Shown piece after piece: positions 39,796 through 52,500 of a stretch of 64,000 nucleotides of DNA. This stretch comes from Malacoraja senta (lineage: Eukaryota). Below the pieces are notes generated by a model. That model made no database searches. It was not told the origin of the DNA and saw only the letters and a list, made by a program, of their open reading frames with translations. The position numbers were made by a program, and so were the translations under genes. Location of the stretch: positions 15,936,001 through 16,000,000 of the forward strand of contig CM075989.1 in NCBI GenBank assembly GCA_038087875.1. Reading direction: 5' to 3'. Position 1 is the first letter of the stretch, and every line of letters starts with the position of its first letter.

Positions 39796-41014
39796 TCCTG
39801 GGTTCAGCATGCAGCCAGTAACTCCTCACTGCCTGCTTTCACACAAATCACATGCTAGCTCAGGAGATGTTTATTCAGCAAAGCTAGAGATGAAAAACAG
39901 ACATTGCCCCATTCTGTGGAAACCAGAGTTGAAGTTAAGAGGCCGGTGCAAAGCATGACTTTTCATTTAATGCAAACCTTCATATCAGATACAGCATGGA
40001 TTGTGATCTAACCGGCAATCGTTTCATAGTGGAAGCTCGTGGCTTCATGAACTTTCCAAAGAGTTCAAGTAAAAACAAAGTCCGCACCTTGACCACTGAA
40101 ACTCATGAAAAGTACACAGCAGCTTACAGAATTGATTGAAATAAATTGTAAATGCAGAGGAGCTTATTTTAAAGATGTAGTTTACAATGGTTTAAAAATA
40201 GTTTTCCATTCCTAGCAGCTTTAAATAAAAACTTGATGTGAGCTACATATGTACCGGCTTATCGCCTTGATTAAGCATGATCCAAGCAACTAGCATAGTA
40301 TTCACAAGGTGAAACTTTGCTAAAGATGAGGGTCCATTCCATACCTCATACATTCATTAGTTGTTATCTTCTGGGTTTTTCTCCTAAACACTTATATTTT
40401 TCCCTCAGGAATGTGTGCGGTATGTACTTCATTCATTGTACAAGCTTCCTGATTTCTCATTCCTGAACCCCTGATGTTACTAGAATTAAAATAACTCTTT
40501 GTTCTGCTTTTGTCTACAATTTTGCATGGCCAGAAGGCTCCATTTCTCCTTTGATCCTTTTAAAAAGTATGATCCCCTGTAACATGTTTTCACAATGCGT
40601 TAGTTATCTTCACCTCTTTTGCTGCATACTTTCAGGGATAATCTTTTTCCTGTCCACATCAGACCCAATCTGTTTGTCTACAGATGGCCATGGCTACTTG
40701 GCCATCCAGGAAATCTATGTGCTCTGCATTGTCTGCGCAGCACATCTTTAAAAAACGTTATGGAATGTGGACATCACTGGCAAAGCCAGTATTTACTGCC
40801 CATCCCTAACTTCCCTTGAAAAACTGGTGGTGGCCACCTTCTTGAACCAAGGCAGTTCTTCTGGTGAAGATGTTCCCAGCACACTGCTGCGAAGGAAGTC
40901 TCATGATTTAGACCCCGTGGAGATGAAGGGCTGTCACAGAAAAGTGTTGTATTTGTTCTCTGTTGTGATGTTGTTAGTAATACTTTCTTCCAAAACAAAA
41001 GATGACACTTTTAT

Positions 41015-41348
41015 GTTTAGTTTAGTTTAATTTAGTTTAGAGATACAGCGTGGAAACAGGCCCTCAGCCCACCGGGTCCGCAACGACCAGCGATCCCCGC
41101 ACATTAACGCTTTACTACACACACTAGGGACAATTTACACTTATTGTATACCAAGCCAATTAACTTACAAACCTGTACATCTTTGGAGAGTGGGAGGAAA
41201 CCGAGGATCTCGGAGGAAACCCACGCGGTCACGGGGAGATTGTACAAACTCTGTACAGGCAGCACCCTTGGTCGGCATCGAACCCGGGTCTACGGCCCTG
41301 CAACCACTGTAAGGCAGCAACGCTACCCAGGCGCCACTCTGCCGCCCG
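41015..41348 (-). mobile_element. tRNA-derived V-SINE (HE1-like)
   Basis: Full-length copy of the same family. Confidence 0.85.
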
Positions 41349-41902
41349 TCCTTGAAATGAATTCTTTACAAATTCTGTGGTAGAATTTCAACTTTGGCCC
41401 TCATCATAAAATATGCTGTTTTCTAATGTGAAGTTTCCGTTCAAGTTTCTTTTTAAGGTTATTGCATATCAACAGAGAATTGCTCCTGAAAATCAAAAAG
41501 AAAATTGCAGCTGCTGAAAATCCAAAATAAAATCAGAAAATGACAGCATCTGTAGAAAACAGAATCATATTTTAGGTTGAAGACCATTCGTTAGAAACAA
41601 TTCGTTAAAACCAGTCAGTTTTCAGTCACAGAGATTGTGGATTGATGGAACAAAGAGAATATCTCTAATACAGTGATGCCAGGTTTATCATAGGTTAATC
41701 TGGAGATGAAGTCACCTGGATCATTGGTTAATGAGGGAGGTAGAGATAGAGAACATGAATAAAGGAACATAAAAGTTTTAAAAAACCCATAAAGGAACAC
41801 ATAAAAAAACGTAATATCTGCTAGAATGGAGAGCAATAGATAACCAGCAGGTTAGGTCATGTTAATGGAGAGTAAAATACTGAGCTGATATCAAATGAAT
41901 GA

Positions 41903-42030
41903 ATAGGAAGGAAGTGCAGATACTGGTTTATACCAAAGATAGATACAAAATGCTGGAGTAACTCAACAGGTCACGCAGCATCTCTGGAGAAAAGGAATAG
42001 GTGACGTTTCCGGTTGAGACCCTTCTTCAG
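41903..42030 (-). mobile_element. Penelope-like pLTR copy
   Basis: Same pLTR consensus; hammerhead core at 42003-42030 with a mutated stem II. Confidence 0.7.
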
Positions 42031-42519
42031 ATGAATGATCTGTGGACGAACTCTGATGCATGATGAGAAGGTGACATTGACAAGAAAGACAACCTGATCT
42101 CATAGAGCTCAGCACTGGTTCCAGAAGGTGCACCAGCCCAAAAGAAAGATGAGGTGTTGTCCCTGAAGCTTACGTTGAACCTTGGTATAACAGTGCAGAA
42201 GGCCAACCATGGATAGGACAGAGGGGAGGCAGGATGGACAATTGAAGAATCTTTCCTGAAGCAGTACAACCATTATAGATTGTATAATTCTATTGTATAA
42301 CCATAATATAATGAGCACCTCTGCATTTGCAAATACTTGTCCATAAAAATGGAACTAGCAGTCATATTAATGAAGTGAAAATGAATTTAGCACAAAATAT
42401 AAACATTATGTTCAATGGTTGTTAGTGACTTTAAAAACGGGATTGTTTGTCAGAACACACTAGGCAGTATTTCTCAGTATTTGATACATTTGTTAATATA
42501 CGTTAATATATATATATAT

Positions 42520-42752
42520 AGGAAATGGGTGGTGAATCTATGGAATTCATTGCCACAGAAGGCTGTGAAAGCCAAATCAATTAATATTTTTATGGCCGAG
42601 ATAGATAGATTCTTGATTAGTATAGGTGTCAGGGGTTATGGGGTGAAGGCAGGAGAATGGGGTTAGGAGGGAGAAATAGATCAGCCATGATTGAATGACG
42701 GGGTAGACTTGATGGGCCAAATGGCTTAATTCTGCTCCTATCACTTATGAAC
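42520..42752 (+). mobile_element. CR1-clade LINE 3' fragment
   Basis: VVNLWNSLPQKAV..FMAEIDRFL and 3'UTR. Confidence 0.85.
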
Positions 42753-43579
42753 TACATTTTACAAATGTGCTTAGTAATATCCCATTGTCTAATATTTAGT
42801 ATAATATTAATCCCCACTAATATCACAGCAAATGGGCAAACAGCAAAAACTGTCCACACTCACCATTCTGTGCTGAGGTCAGTTTATTGACACAGGTAGA
42901 TTAAACCAACGTTAAAGATTGTGTAAGATTGGTGTCATTTTGTTTACATTTCTGTGATTTTTGTGTAATTTTGTTTTGCTTTTGTGAAACCAGCATAAAC
43001 TAGTGAAAACTTTTCATCTATGTGTTTGAGTTCAGCCTTCTGGTGACTATAAATCCTAGAACATGTTAAACATCATCATTCAGTGCTAAAGTTCAATTCT
43101 CTTCACATAATGTGGGTTATTCAGTTTAGTTTAGTGATACAGCGCGGAAACAGGCCCTTCGGCCCACGGAGTCCGCACCGACCAGCGATCCCCGCACATT
43201 AACCTATCCTACGCACACTAGGGACAATTTTACTTCGGAGTCACGTGAGTGACTACGTGAAGAACCCCGTCAGGGCGCATGCGCGTCATTACGTCTGACG
43301 CATTGGCGACAATGGCAGAAGGAGCACGGAGCTCCTGCTGCAGGTGAGTAATTACAGCTCCACCAAAGTCGGGGAGACTTTGGAGGAGTTAGAGAAAAAG
43401 CGAGGAGACTGGTCCGGGCAAGGGACGAGTCCAGCTACGATGCAGCGCAGTTGGCGTTCGGCTGTAGCAGCGCCAGGGAAGGTGAGATATCCAGCTCGAG
43501 GCCGGGGAAGAATGCCAGGGGGTAAGGAGGTAAGTGGGTCTGGTTCTCATGTAGACAGATCTAATGTGATACCTCAGAT

Positions 43580-44920
43580 ATGTTTATATTGAAGGTTATA
43601 GAAGGATATAGAACAAAGCTTAATGCAAATTCTGATTTACCCATGCAACATGTTCCAAAAAAGCAGTTTGACTTCAGTATCACTGAACAATTGGAAGTTC
43701 AGTTGGAACTTGCAAGGTTATGTAATAAAGGTGTAATTGCTAAGGCAGTTTACCAAAGCCATTAGTTTGTGTCCAATATCTTTCCCAGACCAAGCAAGGA
43801 TGGGGGATGCAGAATTATACTGGACCTGAATAGTCTTAACCCTTTTGTAGGGTATAGACATTTTAAGATGGAAATGTTTGTGAAGGAGATCTTAAAGAAA
43901 CGGATTCAGTGTCTGTTCATTTGCAGGATAGAAGATTTAAAATTCAGCTGGATGGGGCAATTATTGCAATACCATGCATTGCCTAATAGTTTGTCTTCAG
44001 CTCCTAGAGGGATTACAAAGTGGTTAAAACCTATTCTAGGCATGATGAGAAGTCAAGGACATGTGCTCATGGCTTAACTAGATAATATCTTGATTGTAGA
44101 ACAATCAAAGGAAACAGCTGAAGTGGCAGTTGGGAAAAAAAAAAACAAGGAATAAAAACACACAATTTTTAAATTGGGTTTCATAAGCTATCCAGAGAAA
44201 TCTAAATTTATACCTGTGACACAAATTGACTAGTTGGGTTCACAATAGACTTAATCAACATGATTGTGATCTTGCCCAGGCAAAAAAGGGTAGAGCTAAT
44301 TAAGAGCTGTATCAAGTTAATTGCTGACACACAGCCTTCAATTAGCCAGGTGACAGGTCTGCTGTGGTAATTGCTGGCAGCATTTCCAGCAGTTCAATAT
44401 GGCCACTTTATTATCTACAATTACAAAGGTCAAAGGAACAAGCATTGAGGATACATTGGGGTTATTATAACAGACCTATGCTTCTATCAATAGAGGCTGT
44501 TGCTGATGTACAATGGTAGATTCAGCATGTGTCCACTAGTAGTTCCAAAGTGTTATTGGACCAAGCTTCCATGATTTGCAGACAGATGTCAGAGCACTTG
44601 GGTAGGGTGCTACTGATACAAGATCCAGCTGTGGAGACAGATGAACATTGCTTCTGCAAACATGGGGATAACCAAGAGTATTTTATGGACTCAAGGCTTA
44701 TGGCACAAACTAAACTACTTTGCATGTGCAGTGCAAAATAGACAGCACTATAGCAGTTGCTGATATGAATCACATGGGTGGAATAAAATCGTTATCATGT
44801 GACAGGTTGGCAAATACAATTGGACCTGGAGTAGGGATAGAGAGATTTGGATTGGAGCTATCTATCTGCCAGGTAAACTTAATGTAGTACCAGATGGCAG
44901 GTCACGAAAATTACGTGATA
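43580..44920 (+). pseudogene. DIRS reverse transcriptase / RNase H remnant
   Basis: SNIFPRPSKDGGCRIILDLNSLN..FKME; LPNSLSSAPR; the YLDD box has decayed to *LDN near 44075; RNase H-like IDSTIAVADMNHMGG and YLPGKLNVVPD. Many stops and frameshifts. Confidence 0.85.
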
Positions 44921-44931
44921 ATACAGACTGG

Positions 44932-45290
44932 ATGTTCAACCAGGATGTGTTCAAGAACATAGTACTTCTATATCGAAGGCCAAAATATGTTTCATGGGAA
45001 CCAGATTCAGGGGCAGTGGCAATTGATGCTTTTTCACTAAATTGGGATGATATGTTTGTGTACATTTTCCCACCATTCTGCCTCATGGTGTTTGAGAAAA
45101 TCAAGCAGGATGCCGCTTCAGGGGTTTAGGTGATACCAAATTGCCCGATTCAACCATGGTTCCTTTTCAGGTTACAGATAGCGATCCAACCTCCTTTTGA
45201 TGATTCCAAACAGTAGGAATTTGCTGGAGCATCCAGGAACGCGTTAAGTTCATCTGTTATGTGATCGTATTGATCTGTTAATTTGCAGGT
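44932..45290 (+). pseudogene. DIRS methyltransferase-like domain remnant
   Basis: AIDAFSLNWDDMFVYIFPPFCL..KIKQD matches the DAF..W...Y.FPP motif of the Dam-like domain found after RNase H in DIRS elements. Confidence 0.7.
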
Positions 45291-45298
45291 TTGTAAGA

Positions 45299-46254
45299 AT
45301 GCCTTACATTGGTCGAGGACTTTCTAGGCCAACGGTGGATATACTCACTGCAGCCTGGAGAAAGAGTACTCAAAAGCAGTATTTGACTTATGTAAAAAAA
45401 AAAATTAAAAAATGGGAACAATATTGTGTTCAAAAGAATATGCAATATGAAATTGTAATTATTGAAAATGTGTTAGAGGTTTATCTACACTTTATTATGA
45501 TGAGGGTCATAGCTATAGTGCTATCAATACAGCTAGAAGTGCTTTGTCGGCATATCTTGTAATAGGTACACGGACACAAAGTATAGGATCTCACCCTCTC
45601 ATATCTAGGTTGATGAAAGGAATCTTTAATTCCAAAACGCCTAAGCCTAGGTATATGGTAATCTACGATGTAAGCGTTGTTCTTAACATGCTTCGTCATT
45701 GGGTCCCTGTCACGTCTATAACTTTGCTGAATTGGCTATGCTAATGGCATTGGTGTCAGTACAGAGAGTGCAGACTTTGCAAAAACTTCAGATCGAGAGA
45801 ATGGAAGTGAATACAGAGAATGTTCTGTTTTATATTTCTGACCTGCTCAAACAAAGCAGGCCAGGTGTGACAGGATTTAAGATTGTGTTCTCAGCATATC
45901 CTACAGCTCCATGTTTATGTGTAAGGACACATTTGTTACATTACATTGAAGCCACAAGGGCTTTAAGACAAGAAGAAACAGGATTATTTGTCAGTTACAA
46001 GAAGCCAACATAAAAGAGTGGCAGTTCAGACTATCTCAAGGTGGTTAAAGCAAGAGTTGGTTCAGGCAGGAATTAACACTTATGTGTTTACATCTCATCC
46101 CACTAGTGCAGTAGCAACATCCGCGGTCAGGGCGATGGACGTTCCCATCGACCATATATTAAAAGCCGCAGGTTGGAAAAATGAACTTGTGTTTCAGCAA
46201 TACTACCATCGGGCGATTGCCAACTCAATATTGAGTGCTGTTGCTATTGTTTAA
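45299..46254 (+). pseudogene. DIRS tyrosine recombinase remnant
   Basis: AWRKSTQKQY; LALVSVQRVQTLQKL-like box I; TISRWLK; H-S-T-R box decayed to HPTS; ILKAAGW..F..YY. Split by frameshifts over four ORF-track entries. Confidence 0.88.
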
Positions 46255-47547
46255 AGTCTGTTTTCAATACTGTTTCATTCTGTTTCGTTTGTTGCCCCTA
46301 CATTAAGAGGGTTTATTGGTTGTTTTATGACCAAAAATAAAACTGTTTTGTTTTGGCATGATATGCAATGTCATGTTTACAGCATTATTGATGATACTCA
46401 GAGTCAATTGATGCAGTGAGAAGCCGGGATTTTGATCTGCGGCATAAAAATCACAGAGCTTTAAAATCTTCACGTAGTCACTCACGTGACTCCGAAGTAA
46501 AATAGTAAGATTAAACGAGAACTTACCAGTTTGAAGTTTGATCTTTATTTTATGAGGAGTTACGTTGGTGATTACGTGCCCGCCACGCCCAACCCTCTCT
46601 CATATAAAAAGGGTCATAATGGTAGTTCTCATGTTGATCATCTTAATATGTTACTTCAATTATGGTGTTGTCTGTGATTTCATACCGCTGCTTTGAAGAT
46701 TGACGCGCATGCGCCCTGACGGGGTTCTTCACGTAATCACCAACGTAACTCCTCATAAAATAAAGATCAAACTTCAAACTGGTAAGTTCTCGTTTAATCT
46801 TACTATTCATATTTACACCAAGCCAATCAGCCTACAAACCAGTACGTCTTTGGAGAGTGGGAGGAAACTGAAGATCTCGGAGAAAACCCATGCGGTCATG
46901 GGGAGAACGTACAAACTCTGTACACACAGCGCCCGTAGTCGGGATCGAACCCGGGTCTCCGACGCTGTAAGGCAGCAACTTTACCACTGCGCCACCATGT
47001 TGCCCACTGCTATCTGATCCAGATGTGAGTTCTTTACACAGCAGGTCACCATCGAAGACAATGCGTTTACCATCTGCAACACTGAGCTTCTTGGATAGTC
47101 CCAGTTTAATTTGGTTGATTGAAGGAGAAACTAGCAATGAAATGGTATTTCTTAATGTGTTTCATGACCCTAGTTCCAGAACAATTCCCCAGCTTGCTCA
47201 ATGTGATCGCTCTTTGCAGTTTGCAGTAACCAATCATTCACTTCACATAGAAACATTGGGTGCAATGTTATTTGTTCACATCACTTAAAGTTAACCTGCA
47301 CTGTTTAAAGTTCCCTTTCACTGCAATAAGCTACCCTGCACCTGTTAAATCTGAGGAAGGGTCTCGATCCGAAATGTCACCCATTACCTCTATCTGCCTG
47401 TCCCGCTGTGTTACTTCATCATTTTGTGTGTATCTTAGTTTAGTTTAGTTTAGATTAGAGATACACTGTGGAAACAGGTTCTTTGGCCCACCATGTCCGT
47501 GGCGACCACAATCACCTGTACCTGTACACTACACTAGTCCTATCTTA

Positions 47548-48062
47548 AGGGCCTGTCCCACGAGCATGCGACTGCATGCGGCAAGCGTGATCTAACGTGG
47601 TCGCTTGAGCCGTACGGCCTCGCAGGGCCGGTCCCACTTCGATCGCCGGAGCCGCATGGAGTTGTGCGGAGCTGGTCCCGACATCGCGTGGGGCTCCGAA
47701 AAACTGACAGTGTTCAAAAATTCCGCGTGGCAACGGCCTGCCGGCCCGCAGCCGCATTGAGGCCGTGCGCACCGCCTTGCGGGCGTGTGCAGCGTCTCGA
47801 CGCCGTATGCAGTGTCTTGACGCCGTGCGCAGCGTCTTGACGCCGTACGTCACGCGCGAACTTCCCGCGGACTTCGCTCGAACTTCACGTCAATCACTCG
47901 ACCTCCGCGCGGCCCCCGCTTCCGGTTTGGTCACGCTCGCCGCATGCAGTCGCATGCTGGTGGGACCGGCCCCGTACAAGGATCACTCGACCTCCGCGCG
48001 GCCCCCGCTTCAGGTTTGGTCGCGCTTGCCGCATACAGTCGCATGCTCGTGGGACAGGCCCT
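47548..48062. mobile_element. PIF/Harbinger-like MITE
   Basis: TIR AGGGCCTGTCCCACGAGCATGCGACTG(C/T)ATGCGGCAAGCG of about 40 bp with 1 mismatch. TTA TSD at 47545-47547 and 48063-48065. No transposase ORF. Inserted into a SINE tail. Confidence 0.85.
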
Positions 48063-49491
48063 TTACACACCAGGGACAATTTACGCAAGCTAATTAATCT
48101 TTGGCTTTGAGGAAGACCAAGAGGGCAGTGCAGGTCAAATTGTATAATTACTTGACTTTGCATCACAGCCATGAGCTCCGATACTGAGGAGGCATAAACA
48201 TAGTAAATACCGTGTTGGCACGATCCACACACTGTAAGAGACGCTGGAGCTGGAGTGGGGGTGCATTTACTTTTGTTGCCCCTTATCAGAGGGTAAGACT
48301 TAAGTTTGTGGTGCCACGCAGGATTTTGATGGGAAAGTCAGCGAGTCAGCCGACAATGGCAGGTTGGTAGCTGAACACAACATAATGCAGGCATCGAGGC
48401 TGCTGCCAGAAAGCTCACGCTCGCTGTCAAGCAGTTTGGAGGAGGTTGCCGCCAACTTGGCCCAGGGCTTTGCACAATGCTTGGAGCCCATCCTTTCCAG
48501 CCTGGCAGAGGTGGCCAACTCCATCAGCAACCCCCACGATGGCATGGTGTGAGAGCCACTGCCTCAGCTTTCACCTCGGAAAAGCAGGCACCACTGAAAG
48601 ACTGAACGCTGGGCTGCAGGCTCAGACCCAGCCCTCTCTGGTCAAGGAAGATCAGATCAGAAGTGCGGGCATTCACAAATTATTGCATTTCAACAGCAAT
48701 AACGCAGTGCATACTTGCGTGCAGCAACCGTGGACAATATTTAGGCATGAACCAATAAGTAGCAAGAATATTAGTGTGACAAAACTTTCAAACAATGATC
48801 GTTTCCATCAAGAGAGTGTCTAACCATCATCTTCCGACAATCATTGGCATTATCACCACCACCGATTCCTCCAGCATCAAAGTTCTGGTGGTCACCAAGG
48901 ACCAGAGCCTCATTGGCATCAGCCACATAAACATTGTAGGCGCAAGGAAGGTGAGAGACTGGGTTTGTTGTGGCAAGTGACACACCTTCTAAACCCAATT
49001 CCTTGCCACCAATCTACAAGATATAACTCAGCAACATGAGTTCTGGTCTGAATGACTGCAGCACAGAAAACTCACTAGAAGGTCATCATCATCCAAGTTA
49101 AAAGAGCCTGCTGGTTGCTATCTCCTGCACTACCCTAAACCCTCATTCCCTCTGCTACCACTATGTATGTAGTGGCCGCAGCCTGTCCTATCTACTAAAT
49201 ACACTGCAATTCCTTACCTGGGCTACTTTCAGCAATTGTTAAAGCTTTGATCTCTATTGGCAAGCGTGCCAAGCAAGGGAACACAGCACCTGCGGGATTC
49301 CCTCTAAGTCACGTGGCAGCCTGACTTGGAAGTATATCGTCCTTCAAGGGTCTAAATCCTGGGACTTCCCACCCAACAGCACTGTGAAGCACCTTCAGCT
49401 GAAGGACCACTGCAGTTCAAGGAGGCATTCTCCACCACTCACCACCACTCACCACCACCCTCACCAAAAGGCAGCCAGGAAACAGACGATA

Positions 49492-49757
49492 AATAGCCTC
49501 AGATTAAATGAAAATATCTCCAGAAAGGAGATGGGGAGGAATTTATTTAGTCAGAGGGTGGTGAATCTGTAGAATTCATTGCCACAGATGGCTGTGGAGG
49601 TCAATGGATATTTTTAAGGCAGAGATTCTTGATTGGTACGGGTGTCAGGGGTTATGGGGAGAATGAAGGCAGGAGAATGGGATTGAGAGGTAAAGGTAGA
49701 GTGGACTTGATGGGCCCAAATGACCTAATTCTGCTCGTGGAACTTAAGAACCTATGA
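49492..49757 (+). mobile_element. CR1-clade LINE 3' fragment
   Basis: RKEMGRNLFSQRVVNL remnant and 3'UTR. Confidence 0.8.
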
Positions 49758-50124
49758 AATGCTGGAAATGCAAGCATCACCCAGATCCCCAAAGTGAATT
49801 TGAAAAGTTGCTAATAAGTATGTTTAACCCTAACACAAGGGTTGAAATTACTTGTCAGCATTCATTCTCTTGATGATTTGGAAGTGATAATGGAGGATTG
49901 TTAGCGTCTACTGATGTGAAGAAAAAAATAAGTGTATGCATTAATATAAATATATAGTGTGGTGTAACAATGTGGCACTCCAGGGAACCTATTATTCATT
50001 TGAGGTCTGGAGAGCAAATGTGAATAACCCTTACTGCATCTGAACCCATTTCACAAACAATGCTGCAACTTTGCTAAATTCAACATTCAATCTTTGTATC
50101 CACAAAGAGAATTGATCTACACTA

Positions 50125-50752
50125 GTGGCCAAGGCCTACTGGATCACCCGGTTGCTAACCATTTAAACTCCCATTACCATTCCCATACTGACCTCTCTGT
50201 CCTGGCCACCTCCATTGCCAGACTGAGGCCACACCCAAACTGAAGGAACAGCACCTCATATTCCACTTGGGTCATTTACAACCTAACGGTATAAACATTG
50301 AATTCTCCAATTTTAGGTAACCCCTACAAACCGCACCCTCTCCCTCCCCTCCCCCCCCCCCTCCCTCCCCTTCCCCCCCTCCCTCCACCTCCCTCCCCTA
50401 TGCCCCACTTGGACTTGCACCTATTTCTCCAATCCCCCTCCCCCCACATTCCTTCCTCTGGCTTCACAATTCGCAATGCCTCAATCCTTTTGTCTCACAC
50501 CTTCGGTTTTAATCTCTGGCCTTTGTTTCAACCATATGCTTAACTATCCCCCCCCCCCTCCATCATCTGTGTCTACTTGCCATGCTTTGTCCTGCCTCTC
50601 CTCTCTCCCAGCTTTCCTTCCCCCACCCCCACCCCCACCCCACCACAAACAAGGGTCACTTATCCAAGTTCTACAGAGATGGTGGCTGTGTTATTGCAGC
50701 ACTTTGTGTCCTTTTTTTTGTAAACCAGCATCTGCAGTTCCTTGTTTCTACA
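50125..50752 (+). mobile_element. Penelope-like element 3' fragment
   Basis: GIY-YIG C-terminal-like PVANHLNSHYHSHTDLSVL..HCQTEATPKLKEQHLIFHLGHLQPNGINIEFSNFR, followed by a C-rich tract and a pLTR tail. Confidence 0.75.
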
Positions 50753-51974
50753 ACCCTGGCTTAACTGCTTGTGTTTGAAACATGGTGCAGTTGTATTTGA
50801 TCTGAATATCTCTACCTTCCAAAGAAATATTGATTTAAAATGGTGCGCTGGATGCACTGGGATGGGCTTATCCCTTGCTAAATCTGGGCTCAAAGGGCAG
50901 CACACGGAAGAAGGTCAACTGGACTCAGGAACTCGGCTTCACTTGAAGCAAGAGCAAATCCTTTTACTTCTGCTTTCAACTTGAAAACAGATACGTTCAA
51001 GTGCAATGGCTTTCAGGGCACCAGCTATAGACTGCGAAGGTTTCAGCTGTGCATTAACTAGAGTTGCACATTAAGCATATATTTTACGAGCGGTTGATGG
51101 CCCAATAACATCCATTCACCTAAGTCTGCTATCAGAAGATCAGGCTGATAAGAGCATTTACAAGGCAATTTAAAAGGATTGAAGTCAAGCCTTTGCTGAA
51201 GAATGTTTTTATAGTTCATTGTGAGATTTGAGACCAGTGGATCTTAGCTAATAATGCATAAAGAAGAAAATGTATTTATATTGTACGAAAGCAGTAAAAA
51301 TAAAAGACATCTGTAAACAGAATAGATCCTTCCAGACAAAGCAGTAGCATTTAGCTTTTAAGTGATGCCTTTTGTCTGATAACATGGCCAAAGGCACCTC
51401 ACGAGCGAGCGTACTACCACACAGGCTTGAGGCAGGGCTAAAGGGGCAAGCATCAGGAGAGGTAAATTTGGTTTAAAAAAGACAGTTTTAAACGTCAACT
51501 TAAAAGAGTAGGAACAATGAAACTTGGAATTAGAATTCCAGAGCTTGGTCCTCAATGTTAGGGGATGGAAGAGAGGTTAGAGATGGAGGAATGCAGAGGT
51601 CTAGGGGAGAATACATGGGTTTGTTGAGACCATGCAGGGATTCCAAAGTAAACATAAGAACTGAATATGGTGATATTGGTGAACAGAGACCTGAGGTAGC
51701 ACAGATGTATGAGATGAATGAGATAGTACACGTTAGGACACAGACAGCAGATGACTAGTGTGTGAACATTGGTAAATGAAAGGCCAGTTTATTGCAAAGT
51801 TGCAACTGGAGGTTTCAGAAGCATGGATACACGACTCCACTGCTGTTTTGACTGAGGTGGAGGGGGAGATAGAAACAGAGATGGAAGCAGACAGTTTTTG
51901 CAAAGGAGAGCATTGCAATGAGGAGGTTATTGGGAACCAAAGCTGTTATCAGGCAAATGAACTATTTGACCAAA

Positions 51975-52500
51975 ACTAGAGAGCAGGCCTGAACTACTAT
52001 CTACCTCAGTGGGAGACCCTTGGACTATCTTTGATCGGACTTTACTGGCTTTATCTTGCACTAAACATTATCCACATTATTCTCTTTATCTTGTTTCTGT
52101 ACACTATGGACGGCTCAATTGTAATCATATATTTGTCTTTCCGCTGACTGGTTAGCACGCGACTAAAGCTTTTCACTGTACCTGAAAATTGAACATGTAT
52201 ACCTCCCAATTCAGGAACAGTGTCTTTTAGCTATTATTAGGCAACTGAACAGTCCTCTCACCAGCAAGAGTGTGGTCCTGAGCTGCCATCTACCTCATTG
52301 GAGACCTACAAACTATCCTTAATCGGTAGTTAAAGAACTGGACTTTATCTTGCACTAAACATTAAACCCTTTATCCTGTATCCGTACACTGTGGACGGCT
52401 TGTTTGCAATCATGTATAGTCTTTTCACTGACTGGATAGCACGCAAAAAAAAAGCTTTTCACTGTTCCTCAGCACTCATGACAATAATAAATTAAACTAT
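51975..52500 (+). mobile_element. Two tandem LINE 3'UTR copies (Rex1-like tail)
   Basis: About 51975-52185 and 52200-52500 are diverged copies of one unit; an antisense copy lies at about 15715-15845. Confidence 0.6.

Larger units (their letters stand above)
43230..46807 (+). mobile_element. DIRS1-type tyrosine-recombinase retrotransposon (decayed, internally deleted, intact termini)
   Basis: ITRs at 43237-43288 and 46701-46752 (52 bp, 4 mismatches), right extension to 46807, and an internal complementary region at 46467-46578. Degraded RT, RNase H, methyltransferase-like and tyrosine recombinase frames occur in that order. ATT at both junctions; inserted into a SINE. Confidence 0.95.
43124..47006 (-). 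mobile_element. V-SINE split by the DIRS insertion (43124-43229 plus 46808-47006)
   Basis: The halves rejoin as GGGACA-ATT-CATATTTACACCAAGCC, collinear with intact copies. Confidence 0.88.

Noticed and set aside
45699..46254. Phage or bacterial integrase (contamination or prophage)
   Set aside because: It lies within DIRS RT-RH-MT-YR architecture with ITR/ICR termini, inside a vertebrate SINE.
50336..50445. Functional G-quadruplex / i-motif
   Set aside because: The C-rich tract is the ordinary low-complexity 3' region of the Penelope-like fragment; nothing else supports a function.
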